This document shows positions 8,282 through 19,383 of a stretch of 64,000 bases of DNA, piece by piece. The stretch spans positions 1,088,001-1,152,000 of the forward strand of contig OY969474.1 in assembly GCA_963700145.1 (NCBI GenBank), written 5' to 3'. Numbering within the stretch: the stretch's first letter is position 1; every line of letters begins with the position of its first letter. The notes under the pieces were generated by a model. It searched no databases, was not told where the DNA came from, and saw only the letters and a list, made by a program, of their open reading frames with translations. Made by a program: the position numbers and the translations under genes. This DNA comes from an uncultured Acidobacteriota bacterium (GTDB lineage Bacteria > Acidobacteriota > Thermoanaerobaculia > Multivoradales > UBA5704).

Positions 8282-9179
8282 CGGTTCGTTTCGGCGGGCC
8301 GGGTCGCGGCGGGCCGCCCTTCCGCGCGCCGCCGCGCACGCCCGGCGCCGGCTGGCGCGGGCCGCTCCGCGGCGCCTTGCGCCCGGCGGCTTCCCGGTCG
8401 GGCGGCGGGATCCGCCCGGCCGCGCGCTTGAGCATGTCGACCTCCCGCTCGGAGAGCTCGCGCACGGCGCCGAGCGGCAGCTCGGCGTCGGCGAGCGGCC
8501 CGATCGCCACCCGCCGCAGCTTCTGCACGGGGTGGCCGATGCGCTGGAACATCTCGCGGATCTGCCGCGTCCGCCCCTCGGCGAGGCGCACCGTCCACCA
8601 GGAGGTCTCGCTCTCCGGCGGGCGGCGGCCGCGCTCGCCGCGGGGGCTCCGCCGGGCCTTGACGTGCCGCGGCTCGATCTCGCACGGCGCGGTCCTCACC
8701 CCTTCGAGCAGGATCCCGGCGCGCAGCCGGTCGAGGGCCGCTGCGTCCGGGTGCCCGGACACCTTGACCTCGTAAGTCTTCCAGCAGCCGTGGCGCGGGT
8801 GGGCGATCGTCTGCGCAAACTCGCCGTCGTCGGTCAACAGGAGGAGGCCCTCGGTCAGGAAGTCGAGCCGCCCCACCGGCACCAGCGCCTTGCGGAACAT
8901 CGGCGGCACGAACTCCATGACCGTCGGCCGCCCCTCGGGGTCGGAGACTGTGGACATCACCGCCCGCGGCTTGTTGAGCAGGAGATAGCGATGCGTCGCC
9001 GGCGGGTGGACGCGCTTGCCGTCGAGCTTCACGGCGTCGCGCGCCGGGTCGGCCTTGTCGCCGATCCCGGCGACCGCGCCGTTGACGGTTACCCTTCCTT
9101 CGCGGATCAGGTCCTCGGCCTTGCGCCGCGAGGTGACGCCGGCGCGGGCGAGGATCTTCTGCAAGCGCTCCTCAGCCAT
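8247..9179 (-). CDS. rluB: Pseudouridine synthase, RluB/RsuA family
   Basis: S4 domain RLQKILARAG; VGRLDFLTEGLLLLT; EGRTRQIR; adjacent to scpAB. Confidence 0.9.
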   Translation of the reverse strand: MAEERLQKILARAGVTSRRKAEDLIREGRVTVNGAVAGIGDKADPARDAVKLDGKRVHPPATHRYLLLNKPRAVMSTVSDPEGRPTVMEFVPPMFRKALVPVGRLDFLTEGLLLLTDDGEFAQTIAHPRHGCWKTYEVKVSGHPDAAALDRLRAGILLEGVRTAPCEIEPRHVKARRSPRGERGRRPPESETSWWTVRLAEGRTRQIREMFQRIGHPVQKLRRVAIGPLADAELPLGAVRELSEREVDMLKRAAGRIPPPDREAAGRKAPRSGPRQPAPGVRGGARKGGPPRPGPPKRTGERPKPPRRRH

Positions 9180-9714
9180 CCCGCAGCGCCTCCTCGAACT
9201 CCTCGAGCGGCGGCAGGTCGCGCACGTGGTTCAGGCCGAAGTGCATCAGGAACTCGCGCGTCGTGCCGTAGAGGAAGGGCTTGCCCACGACTTCCTTCCG
9301 GCCGGTGATGCGCACCATGCGCCGCTCGAGGAGCGTCTTGAGCACCGCCGCCGGATTGACCGAGCGCAGCTCCTGGATCTCGGGGGCGGTGATCGGCTGG
9401 CGGTAGGCGACGATGGCCAGGGTCTCGAGCGCCGCGACCGAGAGCTTGCTCTCGCCGGCCGCCTCGAAGAAGCGGCGGAGGTAGGGAGCGAGCTCCGGCC
9501 GGGTCACCAGGCGCACGCCGCCGGCCACCTCCTCGGCGGCGACGCCGCGCCCCTCGGCCGCTGTGTAGCGAGCGAGCACGGCCTCGAGCGCCTGCGCCGC
9601 CTCCTCCCGGTCGCCTTCGTCGAAGAGGTCCAGCAGGCGCTGCCGCGGCACCGGGTCGGCGGCGACGAAGAGGACCGCCTCCAGCGCCGCTTCCAGCTCG
9701 GCCCGCCCCGTCAT
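9172..9714 (-). CDS. scpB: SMC-Scp complex subunit ScpB
   Basis: LSVAALETLAIVAYRQPIT...GKPFLYGTTREFLMHFGL. Confidence 0.95.
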   Translation of the reverse strand: MTGRAELEAALEAVLFVAADPVPRQRLLDLFDEGDREEAAQALEAVLARYTAAEGRGVAAEEVAGGVRLVTRPELAPYLRRFFEAAGESKLSVAALETLAIVAYRQPITAPEIQELRSVNPAAVLKTLLERRMVRITGRKEVVGKPFLYGTTREFLMHFGLNHVRDLPPLEEFEEALRDG

Positions 9715-9720
9715 CCCGCC

Positions 9721-10497
9721 CTACGCCCCCACCGCTTCAATGTCGGCGCGCGACCAGTCGCGCGTCGTGCGGTAGAGCAGCACCTCCCCGGCCTCGGTCT
9801 GGTGGAGGCGGACGAGGTTCAACCGCGCCAGCTCCAGGACCGCGAGGAAGGCGGCGATCGCCTCGGCGCGGCCCGAGCGGCGGCGGAGGTCGGCGAGGAG
9901 GTCGAAGGGGCGGCTGGGCGACAGCTCGCCCAGGTAGCGCTCGAACTGCGCGCGCACGCTCCACACCTCGGGGCTGACCAAAAACGGCGGCGGGTGCTCG
10001 CGGTCGTAGCGGACGAGGACCTGCTTGAAGGCGCCGAGGAGGTCGAAGAGCGAGACCTCGCCGAGCTCGATCTCCTCCCCCTCCTCCGGCCCCGGCCGCG
10101 GCTGCGGCTTCCGGGTAAAGACGCCGAGGCGCAGGCGGTCGGTCTCGGCCAGCGTCTGCGCCGCCGCCTTCAGGCGCCGGTACTCCAGCAGGCGCTCGAC
10201 CAGCTCCTGGCGCGGGTCCTCCGCCGGCTCCCCCTCCACCGTCACCGGCCGCGGCAGCAGCAGCTTGCTCTTCAGGTGGATCAGCAGCGACGCCTCGTAG
10301 ATGTACTCGCCGGCGATGTCGAGGTTCAGCTCCTCCATCAGCCGCAGGTACTCGTGGAACTGGTCGCAGATCGTGGCCACGGGGATGTCCGTGATCTCCA
10401 CCTGGTTGACCTTGACGAGGTGCAGGAGGAGGTCGAGCGGCCCTTCGAAGACCGGCAGGTGCACCCGCCAGCCGGGGGGGAGGAGGGACTCACTCAC
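9721..10497 (-). CDS. scpA: Segregation/condensation protein ScpA
   Basis: FEGPLDLLLHLV...LKSKLLLP...FLAVLEL; GTG start overlaps the trpS stop. Confidence 0.95.
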   Translation of the reverse strand: MSESLLPPGWRVHLPVFEGPLDLLLHLVKVNQVEITDIPVATICDQFHEYLRLMEELNLDIAGEYIYEASLLIHLKSKLLLPRPVTVEGEPAEDPRQELVERLLEYRRLKAAAQTLAETDRLRLGVFTRKPQPRPGPEEGEEIELGEVSLFDLLGAFKQVLVRYDREHPPPFLVSPEVWSVRAQFERYLGELSPSRPFDLLADLRRRSGRAEAIAAFLAVLELARLNLVRLHQTEAGEVLLYRTTRDWSRADIEAVGA

Positions 10498-11528
10498 CCG
10501 CGGGCCTCCGCGACGAGGCGGCGGGTCTTGCTGTAATCGAGACCCATCGCCGCCCGCACCTGTTCCATCGTCTCCTGCGCCCGCTCGCGCGCCTGGCGCG
10601 AGCCCTCGACGAGGACGTCGAGGAGCGCGTCGCGGTCGCCGGCCAGCCGCTCGCGCCGCTCGCGCATCGGCTCGAGGTAGGCGTTCATGATGTCGGCGAG
10701 GAGGCGTTTGTCGTCGACGCAGCCGATCTCCGCCGCCCGGCACTGCACCGCCACCCGCTCCTGCACGTCGGCCGGCGAGATCAGCTTGTGGAACTCGTAG
10801 AGGTTGCAGACCTCGGGGCGGCCGGGGTCGCTCCGCCGCTGGCGCTGCGGGTCGGTGAACATCTCCATGCACTTCTGCCGCACCACCTCCGGCGGGTCGG
10901 AGAGGTGGATGGCGTTGCCGTAGGACTTCGACATCTTCCGCCCGTCGATCCCCGGCACCTTCGGGGTCGGCGTGAACAGGGCCTTGGGCTCGGGGAAGAC
11001 CTCCTCGCCGTAGAGGTGGTTGAAGCGGCGCACCACCTCGCGGCTCATCTCCAGGTGGCTCGCCTGGTCCTCCCCGACCGGCACGAAGTGGGCGCGGTAG
11101 ATGACGATGTCCACGGTCTGGAGCAGCGGGTAGCCGAGGAAGCCGTAGGTCGCGAGGTCCTTGCCCTCGATCTGCGCCATCTGCTCCTTGTAGCTCGGCA
11201 CCCGCTCGAGCCAACCGAGCGGCGTGATCATCGACAGCAGCAGGTGGAGCTCGGCGTGCTCCGGCACCATCGACTGGACGAAGATGACCGAGCGCTCGGG
11301 GTCGAGCCCGGCGGCCAGGTAGTCGGCGACGATCTCGAGCGTGCTCTCGGCGATGCCGGAGGGGTCGGCGTAGTCGCTGGTCAGGGCGTGCCAGTCGGCG
11401 GCGAAGAAGTAGCAGCGGTAGCGGTCCTGCAGCTCCACCCAGTTCTTGAGCGCCCCGAAGTAGTTCCCCAGGTGCAGCTTCCCCGTGGAACGCATCCCGG
11501 AGAGCACGACTTTCTGCGCCTCGACCAA
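10494..11528 (-). CDS. trpS: Tryptophanyl-tRNA synthetase
   Basis: HLGN and KMSKS motifs; VPVGEDQ. Confidence 0.97.
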   Translation of the reverse strand: MVEAQKVVLSGMRSTGKLHLGNYFGALKNWVELQDRYRCYFFAADWHALTSDYADPSGIAESTLEIVADYLAAGLDPERSVIFVQSMVPEHAELHLLLSMITPLGWLERVPSYKEQMAQIEGKDLATYGFLGYPLLQTVDIVIYRAHFVPVGEDQASHLEMSREVVRRFNHLYGEEVFPEPKALFTPTPKVPGIDGRKMSKSYGNAIHLSDPPEVVRQKCMEMFTDPQRQRRSDPGRPEVCNLYEFHKLISPADVQERVAVQCRAAEIGCVDDKRLLADIMNAYLEPMRERRERLAGDRDALLDVLVEGSRQARERAQETMEQVRAAMGLDYSKTRRLVAEARG

Positions 11529-11538
11529 CCGAATCTCC

Positions 11539-12243
11539 TCAGAGGAAACGGATCACGACCACCAGCAGCCCGTAGAAGGGGAAGAGCAGCGCCGGCACCA
11601 CCCCCGAGACGGCGAGGGCGGTGCCGATCATAAAGCCGTAGGGTCGGACGGCGGCAAGGCGCACCGCCCAGTCGTAGGGCAGGAAGCGCAGGGCGAGCTG
11701 GCCGGCGTCGAGCGGCGGCAGCGGGATCAGGTTGAAGACGGCCAGGAAGGCGTTGATCGTCGCCATCCGCACCAGGGTGAAGACCAGCGGGAAGCCGGCC
11801 ATCGTCCCGGCCTCGCGCGCCCGCTGGAAGAGGGTCAGGAAGGCGGCCTCGCGGGCCGCCGCCGGCAGGAGCTGCAGGGCGACGGCGAGGGCCAGCGTTG
11901 CGAGGGCGGCCAGGACCAAGTTCGCGGCCGGGCCGGCGAGATCGACGAGCGAGCCGTCGCGGCGCGGCCGGCGGAGGTTCTTCTCGAGGATCGGCGGCCG
12001 CCGCCCCCAGCCGAAGACCGGCGCGCCGAGGAGCAGCAGCATCACCGGCAGCACGACCGAGCCGAAGGGGTCGAGGTGGCGTAGCGGGTTGAGGGTCAGC
12101 CGCCCGAGCCTGCGCGGCGTCGGGTCGCCGCAGAGGTCGGCGGCCCAGGCGTGCGCCGCCTCGTGCGCCGAGATGGCGAGGAGCACGAGCAGGAGCTGCA
12201 CCGCGGCGGTGAAGAGCGCGTTGGGGTCCTGGAGGGCCGGCAT
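11539..12243 (-). CDS. Site-2 protease family (M50) membrane metalloprotease
   Basis: HEAAH, AGPAAN and NLIPLPPLD motifs. Confidence 0.92.
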   Translation of the reverse strand: MPALQDPNALFTAAVQLLLVLLAISAHEAAHAWAADLCGDPTPRRLGRLTLNPLRHLDPFGSVVLPVMLLLLGAPVFGWGRRPPILEKNLRRPRRDGSLVDLAGPAANLVLAALATLALAVALQLLPAAAREAAFLTLFQRAREAGTMAGFPLVFTLVRMATINAFLAVFNLIPLPPLDAGQLALRFLPYDWAVRLAAVRPYGFMIGTALAVSGVVPALLFPFYGLLVVVIRFL

Positions 12244-12245
12244 CG

Positions 12246-13166
12246 TCAGAGGCTCGGCAGGGGCGGCAGCGGGTCGCGCAGGCCGGCGAGGACGCCGCGC
12301 GCCTTGGCGACGACCGAGCGGCCGTTGCCGCGCGGCGCCTCGCGCAGCCAGGCCGCGGGCAGGGCGACCAGGTTGGCGACGAGGAAGCCGGCGAGGCCGA
12401 GCGGCCCGCCGTGGCGGCGGACGTAGAGGGCGTTGCTGCGGCCGGTGTGGAAGGTCTTGCCCGGCGTGTAGCCGCCGCCGGTCGAGGCCGCCACCTTGTG
12501 CCAGATGCGGCTCTCCGGCACGTAGCGCAGGCGGTAGCCGGCGTCGAGCGCGCGGCGGCACCAGTCGGCGTCGTCGACGTTGATGAAGTAGGCCGGGTCG
12601 AGCGGACCCACCCGCTCGAGCGCGTCGCGCGGCACCAGCAGGCAGCAGGTCGTGAGATACGTGACGTCGCCGGCGCGGCTCCAGCGCGGGCCGTCCGGCT
12701 CGCCGCGGCCGAGCTCGACCGTTACCGTCTCGCGGATGCGCAGCCGCCCCCCCGCCGCCCACAGCCGGTCGGGCGGGTCGAAGTAGAAGATCTTGGGGCC
12801 GGCGGCGCCGACCGCCGGGTCGCGGGCGGCGGCGAGGAGCGGCTCGAGGAAGCCGGGGTCCACCGCGACGTCGGTGTTCAAGAGCAGCACCCAGCCGACC
12901 GCGGGATCGGCGAGGGCGCGGCGGATGCCGACGTCGTTGCCGCCCGCGAAGCCGAGGTTCTCGCCGGTCTCGACCAGCTCGACGTCCGGCCGCTCGCGGC
13001 GCAGGCGCTCCGGGGAGCCGTCGGTCGAGCCGTTGTCCACGACGAGCGGGCGGAGGCGCTCGCGGCCGCGCACGGCGTCGAGCGAGCGCAGGGTGGCGAG
13101 GGTGTCCTCGGCGCCGTTCCAGTTGACCAGCACGACGGCAACCGTCGTGGTTGGGTCGCGCTCCAT
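12246..13166 (-). CDS. Glycosyltransferase family 2
   Basis: VVLVNWN, VVDNGSTDGS, NLGFAGGND and LLLNTD motifs. Confidence 0.92.
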   Translation of the reverse strand: MERDPTTTVAVVLVNWNGAEDTLATLRSLDAVRGRERLRPLVVDNGSTDGSPERLRRERPDVELVETGENLGFAGGNDVGIRRALADPAVGWVLLLNTDVAVDPGFLEPLLAAARDPAVGAAGPKIFYFDPPDRLWAAGGRLRIRETVTVELGRGEPDGPRWSRAGDVTYLTTCCLLVPRDALERVGPLDPAYFINVDDADWCRRALDAGYRLRYVPESRIWHKVAASTGGGYTPGKTFHTGRSNALYVRRHGGPLGLAGFLVANLVALPAAWLREAPRGNGRSVVAKARGVLAGLRDPLPPLPSL

Positions 13167-13651
13167 CAGGCCGCGGCGCCCAGGCGGCGGTTGATGTCGG
13201 TCATCAGGCGGTCGTTGGCGCCGAGCACTCGGCCCTCCAGCACCAGCGCCCGGAGCTGCGCCGCCAGCGTCAGCCAGAAGAGGCCGTGGTGCACCCAGAG
13301 CGGGACGGCGCCGGTGTAGACGCCGCCGCCGAGGATGAAGGTCGCCATCGCCAGACCCACGGCGAGCATCAGCGACGGGTAGGAGCGGTTCTTGAAGTCC
13401 TTCGTCCGCTCGTACAGCTCGGCCGGCAGCCCGCCTACCCGCACCGCGTCCTTGATCGCGCGGCCGGTGCCGATCAGGTAGAACATGATCCAGCAGTGGG
13501 AGAAGAGCAGGAGGAGGCTGGAGGCGAGGGCGAGGAGGATGTGGAGGCGCATCCCTTCGTCGATCCGGGGCAGGAAGTAGCCCACGCCGGCGCTGGCGGC
13601 GAAGCCCAGCGTCGCCATCCAGCCGACCACCAACAAGGCACGTCCCATCAT
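13166..13651 (-). CDS. Hypothetical membrane protein (about 4 TM helices)
   Basis: Hydrophobic helices, host-like codon use, stop overlaps the GT2 start. Confidence 0.75.
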   Translation of the reverse strand: MMGRALLVVGWMATLGFAASAGVGYFLPRIDEGMRLHILLALASSLLLLFSHCWIMFYLIGTGRAIKDAVRVGGLPAELYERTKDFKNRSYPSLMLAVGLAMATFILGGGVYTGAVPLWVHHGLFWLTLAAQLRALVLEGRVLGANDRLMTDINRRLGAAA

Positions 13652-13667
13652 GCGTAGGTCCTCGGCC

Positions 13668-13783
13668 TGTCATCCTGAGCGATAGCGAAGGATCTGGGGG
13701 GCGGGTGGCACGAAGTCCTCTCGCGGCGGAACCGTCCTCGCGCCGCCCCCCGCCCAGATCCCTCGCTCACGCTCGGGATGACA
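13668..13783. repeat. REP/MITE-like palindromic element (full copy)
   Basis: Terminal inverted repeats TGTCATCCTGAGC...GAAGGATCTGGG and CCCAGATCC...GCTCGGGATGACA; half copies at 27905 and 55696. Confidence 0.85.
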
Positions 13784-13802
13784 TGCGCTACCGTGGTCTC
13801 GA

Positions 13803-14960
13803 TCACCGCCCCCCTTCACCCACTGCTTCCAACCACGCCGCCGCGGCGTGCCGCGGCCGGAACCTCTCGTCGAGCCGCCGCCGGCCGGCTTCGCCGCGGC
13901 GGCGGGCCTCCTCCGGCTGCGCCAGCGCCTCGCCGAGCGCGGCGGCCAGCGCCCCGGGGTCCTCCGGCGGCACCAGCCAGCCGGTCTCGCCGTCCACGAC
14001 CACCTCCGGGATGCCGCTCACCCGGCTGGCGACGACCGGCACTCCGGCTTCCATCGCTTCGAGCACCACCAGTGGCATCCCCTCGTAGATCGACGGCACC
14101 GCCAGCGCGCCGGCGCCGGCGAGGAGGACGCGCACCCGCGCCGCGTCGCACCGCCCGAGGAACGTCACCGCCTCCTCCACTCCCAGCCGCACCGCCGTCC
14201 GCTCCAGCGCCCGGCGGTGCTCGCCGTCGCCGGCGATCAGCAGGCGCGCCCCGGGCACCGTCTCGAGCAGCCGCGCGAGCGCGGCGAGGAGCACCTCGAC
14301 CCCCTTGCGCAACCGCAGCCGTCCGACGAACAGCAGGTAGCCCCGCGCAGGCTCGGACCCTGCCCCACCCACCCGAGATTCTTCCTCTTCAACCGCTACT
14401 CCCCCTGTCGCGTTCGGCACCACTCCTACTCCACCGACTCCGTAGTCCCGCGCCAGCTCCTCCGCCGTCGCGGCGCTCGGCGCCAGCACCACGTCGGCGC
14501 ACCACGCGGTCAGGCACCCCAGCACTACCTGAAGCGGCGCATTCCCCCACCGGAAGGCCCGCTCGCGCCACCCCGGCCGCCCCAGCACCCGCCCGTCCGG
14601 CGCCCGCAGCGGCCGCACCGCGCGCCGCTCCTCGCGGTAGCTCACCTGGAGGAGGGCGGCCAGGCGCGGCGGCGGGTCGAGCAGTGGGGAGGCCGCCGCC
14701 GCCAGCAGGGCCGCCAGCGCGCCGTCCGACTCGTGCACCTGGAAGACGTGCGGCCGGAAGCGGCGGAGCGCCCGAAAGGCGGCGGGGACGACGGCGAGCG
14801 GGAAGAGCAGCTTGGGGCCCCTGGCGCCGCCGGGCCCGCGCCCCAGGACCTCCACCTCGTGCCCCGCGTCGCGCAGACCCGCCGCCAACTGTAGCACCTG
14901 CTCCCCGACCCCCGAGACGTCGCGCGGGGGGAGCGTGTTGGCGACCAGGAGGACGCGCAC
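13803..14960 (-). CDS. Glycosyltransferase family 4
   Basis: LFVGRLRLRKG and EGMPLVVLEAM...VVASRVSGIPE motifs. Confidence 0.92.
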   Translation of the reverse strand: MRVLLVANTLPPRDVSGVGEQVLQLAAGLRDAGHEVEVLGRGPGGARGPKLLFPLAVVPAAFRALRRFRPHVFQVHESDGALAALLAAAASPLLDPPPRLAALLQVSYREERRAVRPLRAPDGRVLGRPGWRERAFRWGNAPLQVVLGCLTAWCADVVLAPSAATAEELARDYGVGGVGVVPNATGGVAVEEEESRVGGAGSEPARGYLLFVGRLRLRKGVEVLLAALARLLETVPGARLLIAGDGEHRRALERTAVRLGVEEAVTFLGRCDAARVRVLLAGAGALAVPSIYEGMPLVVLEAMEAGVPVVASRVSGIPEVVVDGETGWLVPPEDPGALAAALGEALAQPEEARRRGEAGRRRLDERFRPRHAAAAWLEAVGEGGR

Positions 14961-14968
14961 GCGGGCGC

Positions 14969-17038
<2,070 letters not shown>

Positions 17039-17066
17039 GCGGGAAGGATACGACGCGCCGCCGCGG

Positions 17067-17867
17067 CTAATTCGGGATCTCGAAGCGCAGGGCCACGACC
17101 CCGCACCGCACCTCGTCGCCGGCTTTCAGCTCGCCGGGGATGCCGGTCTCCAGGCGGGCGCCGTTCAGGAAGGTGTTGTTGACGGTGCCGATCTCTTCGG
17201 AGAGGAAGAACTTGGCGCCGCGGCGGTAGATCTTGGCGTGGCGGCGGGAGACGGAGCGCTGGTTGTCCACCGGCGAGAGGTCGATGTCGGGCCAGATGCC
17301 GGTGACCGGGTCCTTCCGTCCGATCGTCGTCTCCGAGCCGCGGGCGAGCGGGAACTCCATGCCGGACTGCGCGTGCCGCAGCCGCTCGGGGGCGGTGGGC
17401 ACCGGCGCCTCCTGGAAGGAGGGCACGTCGGAGAAGCCGCGGTTGGTCTGGTCCATCAGGTCGCGGAGCTGCTGGTCGGTCTCGCGCAGCCGGCGCGACA
17501 GCTTGCGCATCATGCGGACCGCGATCTCCGGGTTGTCGCGCAGCATCTGGTCGAAGGTCGAGCCGTTGATCTGCACCAGCCGGACGTGGGAGACGGCGCG
17601 CGCCGAGCCGGCGCGCGGCAGGTCCTCGAGCAGCGCCATCTCGCCGAAGAAGTCCCCCTTGTCGAGCACCGCGAGCTGCCGCTCCTCACCGGCGGCGCGC
17701 TTGGTGATCTCGACCTGCCCCTCCTGGATGATGTACATCTCCCGTCCCAGCTCACCCTCGCGGAAGACGTAGTTGCCGGCCGAGTGCTCGACCTGGGTGT
17801 AGACCGACGCCTTCTTGGGCGCGGGGGTGGCGCCGCTGCCGGTGCTCTTGAAGACGGAGTTGCTCAT
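17067..17867 (-). CDS. Cyclic-nucleotide-binding domain plus FHA domain protein
   Basis: GDFFGEMALL...PRAGSA (cNMP) followed by IGR...VSRRHA...NNTFLNG (FHA). Confidence 0.88.
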   Translation of the reverse strand: MSNSVFKSTGSGATPAPKKASVYTQVEHSAGNYVFREGELGREMYIIQEGQVEITKRAAGEERQLAVLDKGDFFGEMALLEDLPRAGSARAVSHVRLVQINGSTFDQMLRDNPEIAVRMMRKLSRRLRETDQQLRDLMDQTNRGFSDVPSFQEAPVPTAPERLRHAQSGMEFPLARGSETTIGRKDPVTGIWPDIDLSPVDNQRSVSRRHAKIYRRGAKFFLSEEIGTVNNTFLNGARLETGIPGELKAGDEVRCGVVALRFEIPN

Positions 17868-18799
17868 CGCTCGGCGATCCGGTCGCTGCCCAGCGTCAGG
17901 CGGGCGCCCTCGAGGCGCGCCGGCAGGCCGAGCGGCAGCGTCAGGTTGGGGGCGCGGTGGCCGCTCCGCTCCCCCCAGGCCAGCGGCCAGGGGAAGCCGG
18001 CGAGGCTCTCGGCCATCAGGGCGATGCGGGCCTCGACCTCGGCGCCCGGAGGCTCCGGGCCGTCGCCGTCGAAGTGCCCGATCACCATGCCGCGGATCGC
18101 GTCGAGGCTACCCGACAAGCGGAGGTGGGTCAACATTCGGTCGAGGCGGTAGAGCGGCTCGTTGACGTCCTCCAGGAAGACGATGCCGCCGGCGAGGTCG
18201 GACGCCCAGGGCGTGCCCAGCGTGCCCACGAGGAGCGACAGGCAGCCGCCGAGGAGCGGTCCCTCCCCCGCGCCGTCGCGCAGCGCGCCGGCCAGCGGGT
18301 GCTCGACCGGGTAGTCGCCGGCGAGGGCGCCCAGGAGCGACTCCTCCTCTTCGGGGAGCAGGCCGCGCGCCAGCTCGGCCGCCACCAGCGGGCCGTGGAA
18401 GGCGGCGACGCCGAGCCGCTGCACGACGGCGAGCAGGAAGGGCGTCAGGTCGGAGTAGCCGACGTAGGCGCGCGGCGTGCGCGCCAGGAGCCGCCAGTCG
18501 AGCCGCGGCAGGAGCCGCAGCAGGCCGTGGCCGCCGCGGGCGAAGAGGATGGCCGGCAGATCGGGGTCGGCCGCCAGCTCGTGGAAGGCCGCCAGGCGCT
18601 CCTCGTCGCCGCCGGCGAAGCGCACCTTGCCGGTGCCCGCCACGGCCGCCAGGTTGCGCGCCGGCGCCGGCTCGAAACCCAGCCGTTCGAGCTCGGCGAG
18701 GCCGCGCCGCAGCCGCTCGGGATCGACCGCGCCGGAGAGCGCCGCCACCCCCACGCGCGCCCCCGGGCGGACCGGGGGCGGGAGGAGGGCGGCGGGCAT
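17864..18799 (-). CDS. ldcA: LD-carboxypeptidase (S66)
   Basis: ARGGHG, GYSDLT, FLEDVNE and SGH catalytic motifs. Confidence 0.9.
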   Translation of the reverse strand: MPAALLPPPVRPGARVGVAALSGAVDPERLRRGLAELERLGFEPAPARNLAAVAGTGKVRFAGGDEERLAAFHELAADPDLPAILFARGGHGLLRLLPRLDWRLLARTPRAYVGYSDLTPFLLAVVQRLGVAAFHGPLVAAELARGLLPEEEESLLGALAGDYPVEHPLAGALRDGAGEGPLLGGCLSLLVGTLGTPWASDLAGGIVFLEDVNEPLYRLDRMLTHLRLSGSLDAIRGMVIGHFDGDGPEPPGAEVEARIALMAESLAGFPWPLAWGERSGHRAPNLTLPLGLPARLEGARLTLGSDRIAER

Positions 18800-18800
18800 C

Positions 18801-19355
18801 CTAGTTGTCGTTCTCGATCGACGGGATCGAGCGCAGGAACTCGTAGACCGCGCGCAGGTCGCGCTCGATCATGTGGCTGTAGACCGGCCAGGGCATGACC
18901 TGCAGGATCGGCCCGAGCTGCGGGTGCCGGTCGGGGTCGTGGCCGGTGCGCATGATGTTGCGGAACTCCCCGTAGGTGAGGCCGTGCGGGCGGCCACTCT
19001 CGTCCGGCGTGATGTTGGCCGAGATGAAGGGGCCGAAGGCGGTGCCGCCGGCCAGGAAGCCCTCGGTGTTGATCTGCTCCGGCTCGCCGTTGAAGGGGTC
19101 GCCCCCGGGTGCGTACGGCGGGTTGGTGTGGCAGTCGTTGCAGCCGCCCTGGGCGTTGACGATGTAGCTGCCGAGGCCCAGAAGCTGGCGGTTGCGGCCG
19201 CGCAGCTTGAGCGGCACCGGGGAGATGTTGAAGCCGCGGATGATGCGCTGCGTCTCGGAGTCGGGCGCCGCGGGCGGCTGCCCCTGGACCTCGGACAGGG
19301 CGACGGCGAGCAGGACGGGAACGGCCAACAACGGGATCCAGGTCTTGGCTCTCAT
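18801..19355 (-). CDS. Secreted monoheme cytochrome c
   Basis: Signal peptide; CNDCH; ANITPD; QVMPW. Confidence 0.8.
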   Translation of the reverse strand: MRAKTWIPLLAVPVLLAVALSEVQGQPPAAPDSETQRIIRGFNISPVPLKLRGRNRQLLGLGSYIVNAQGGCNDCHTNPPYAPGGDPFNGEPEQINTEGFLAGGTAFGPFISANITPDESGRPHGLTYGEFRNIMRTGHDPDRHPQLGPILQVMPWPVYSHMIERDLRAVYEFLRSIPSIENDN

Positions 19356-19383
19356 CGGTGTCTCTCCTCTCCTCATCGACGGT

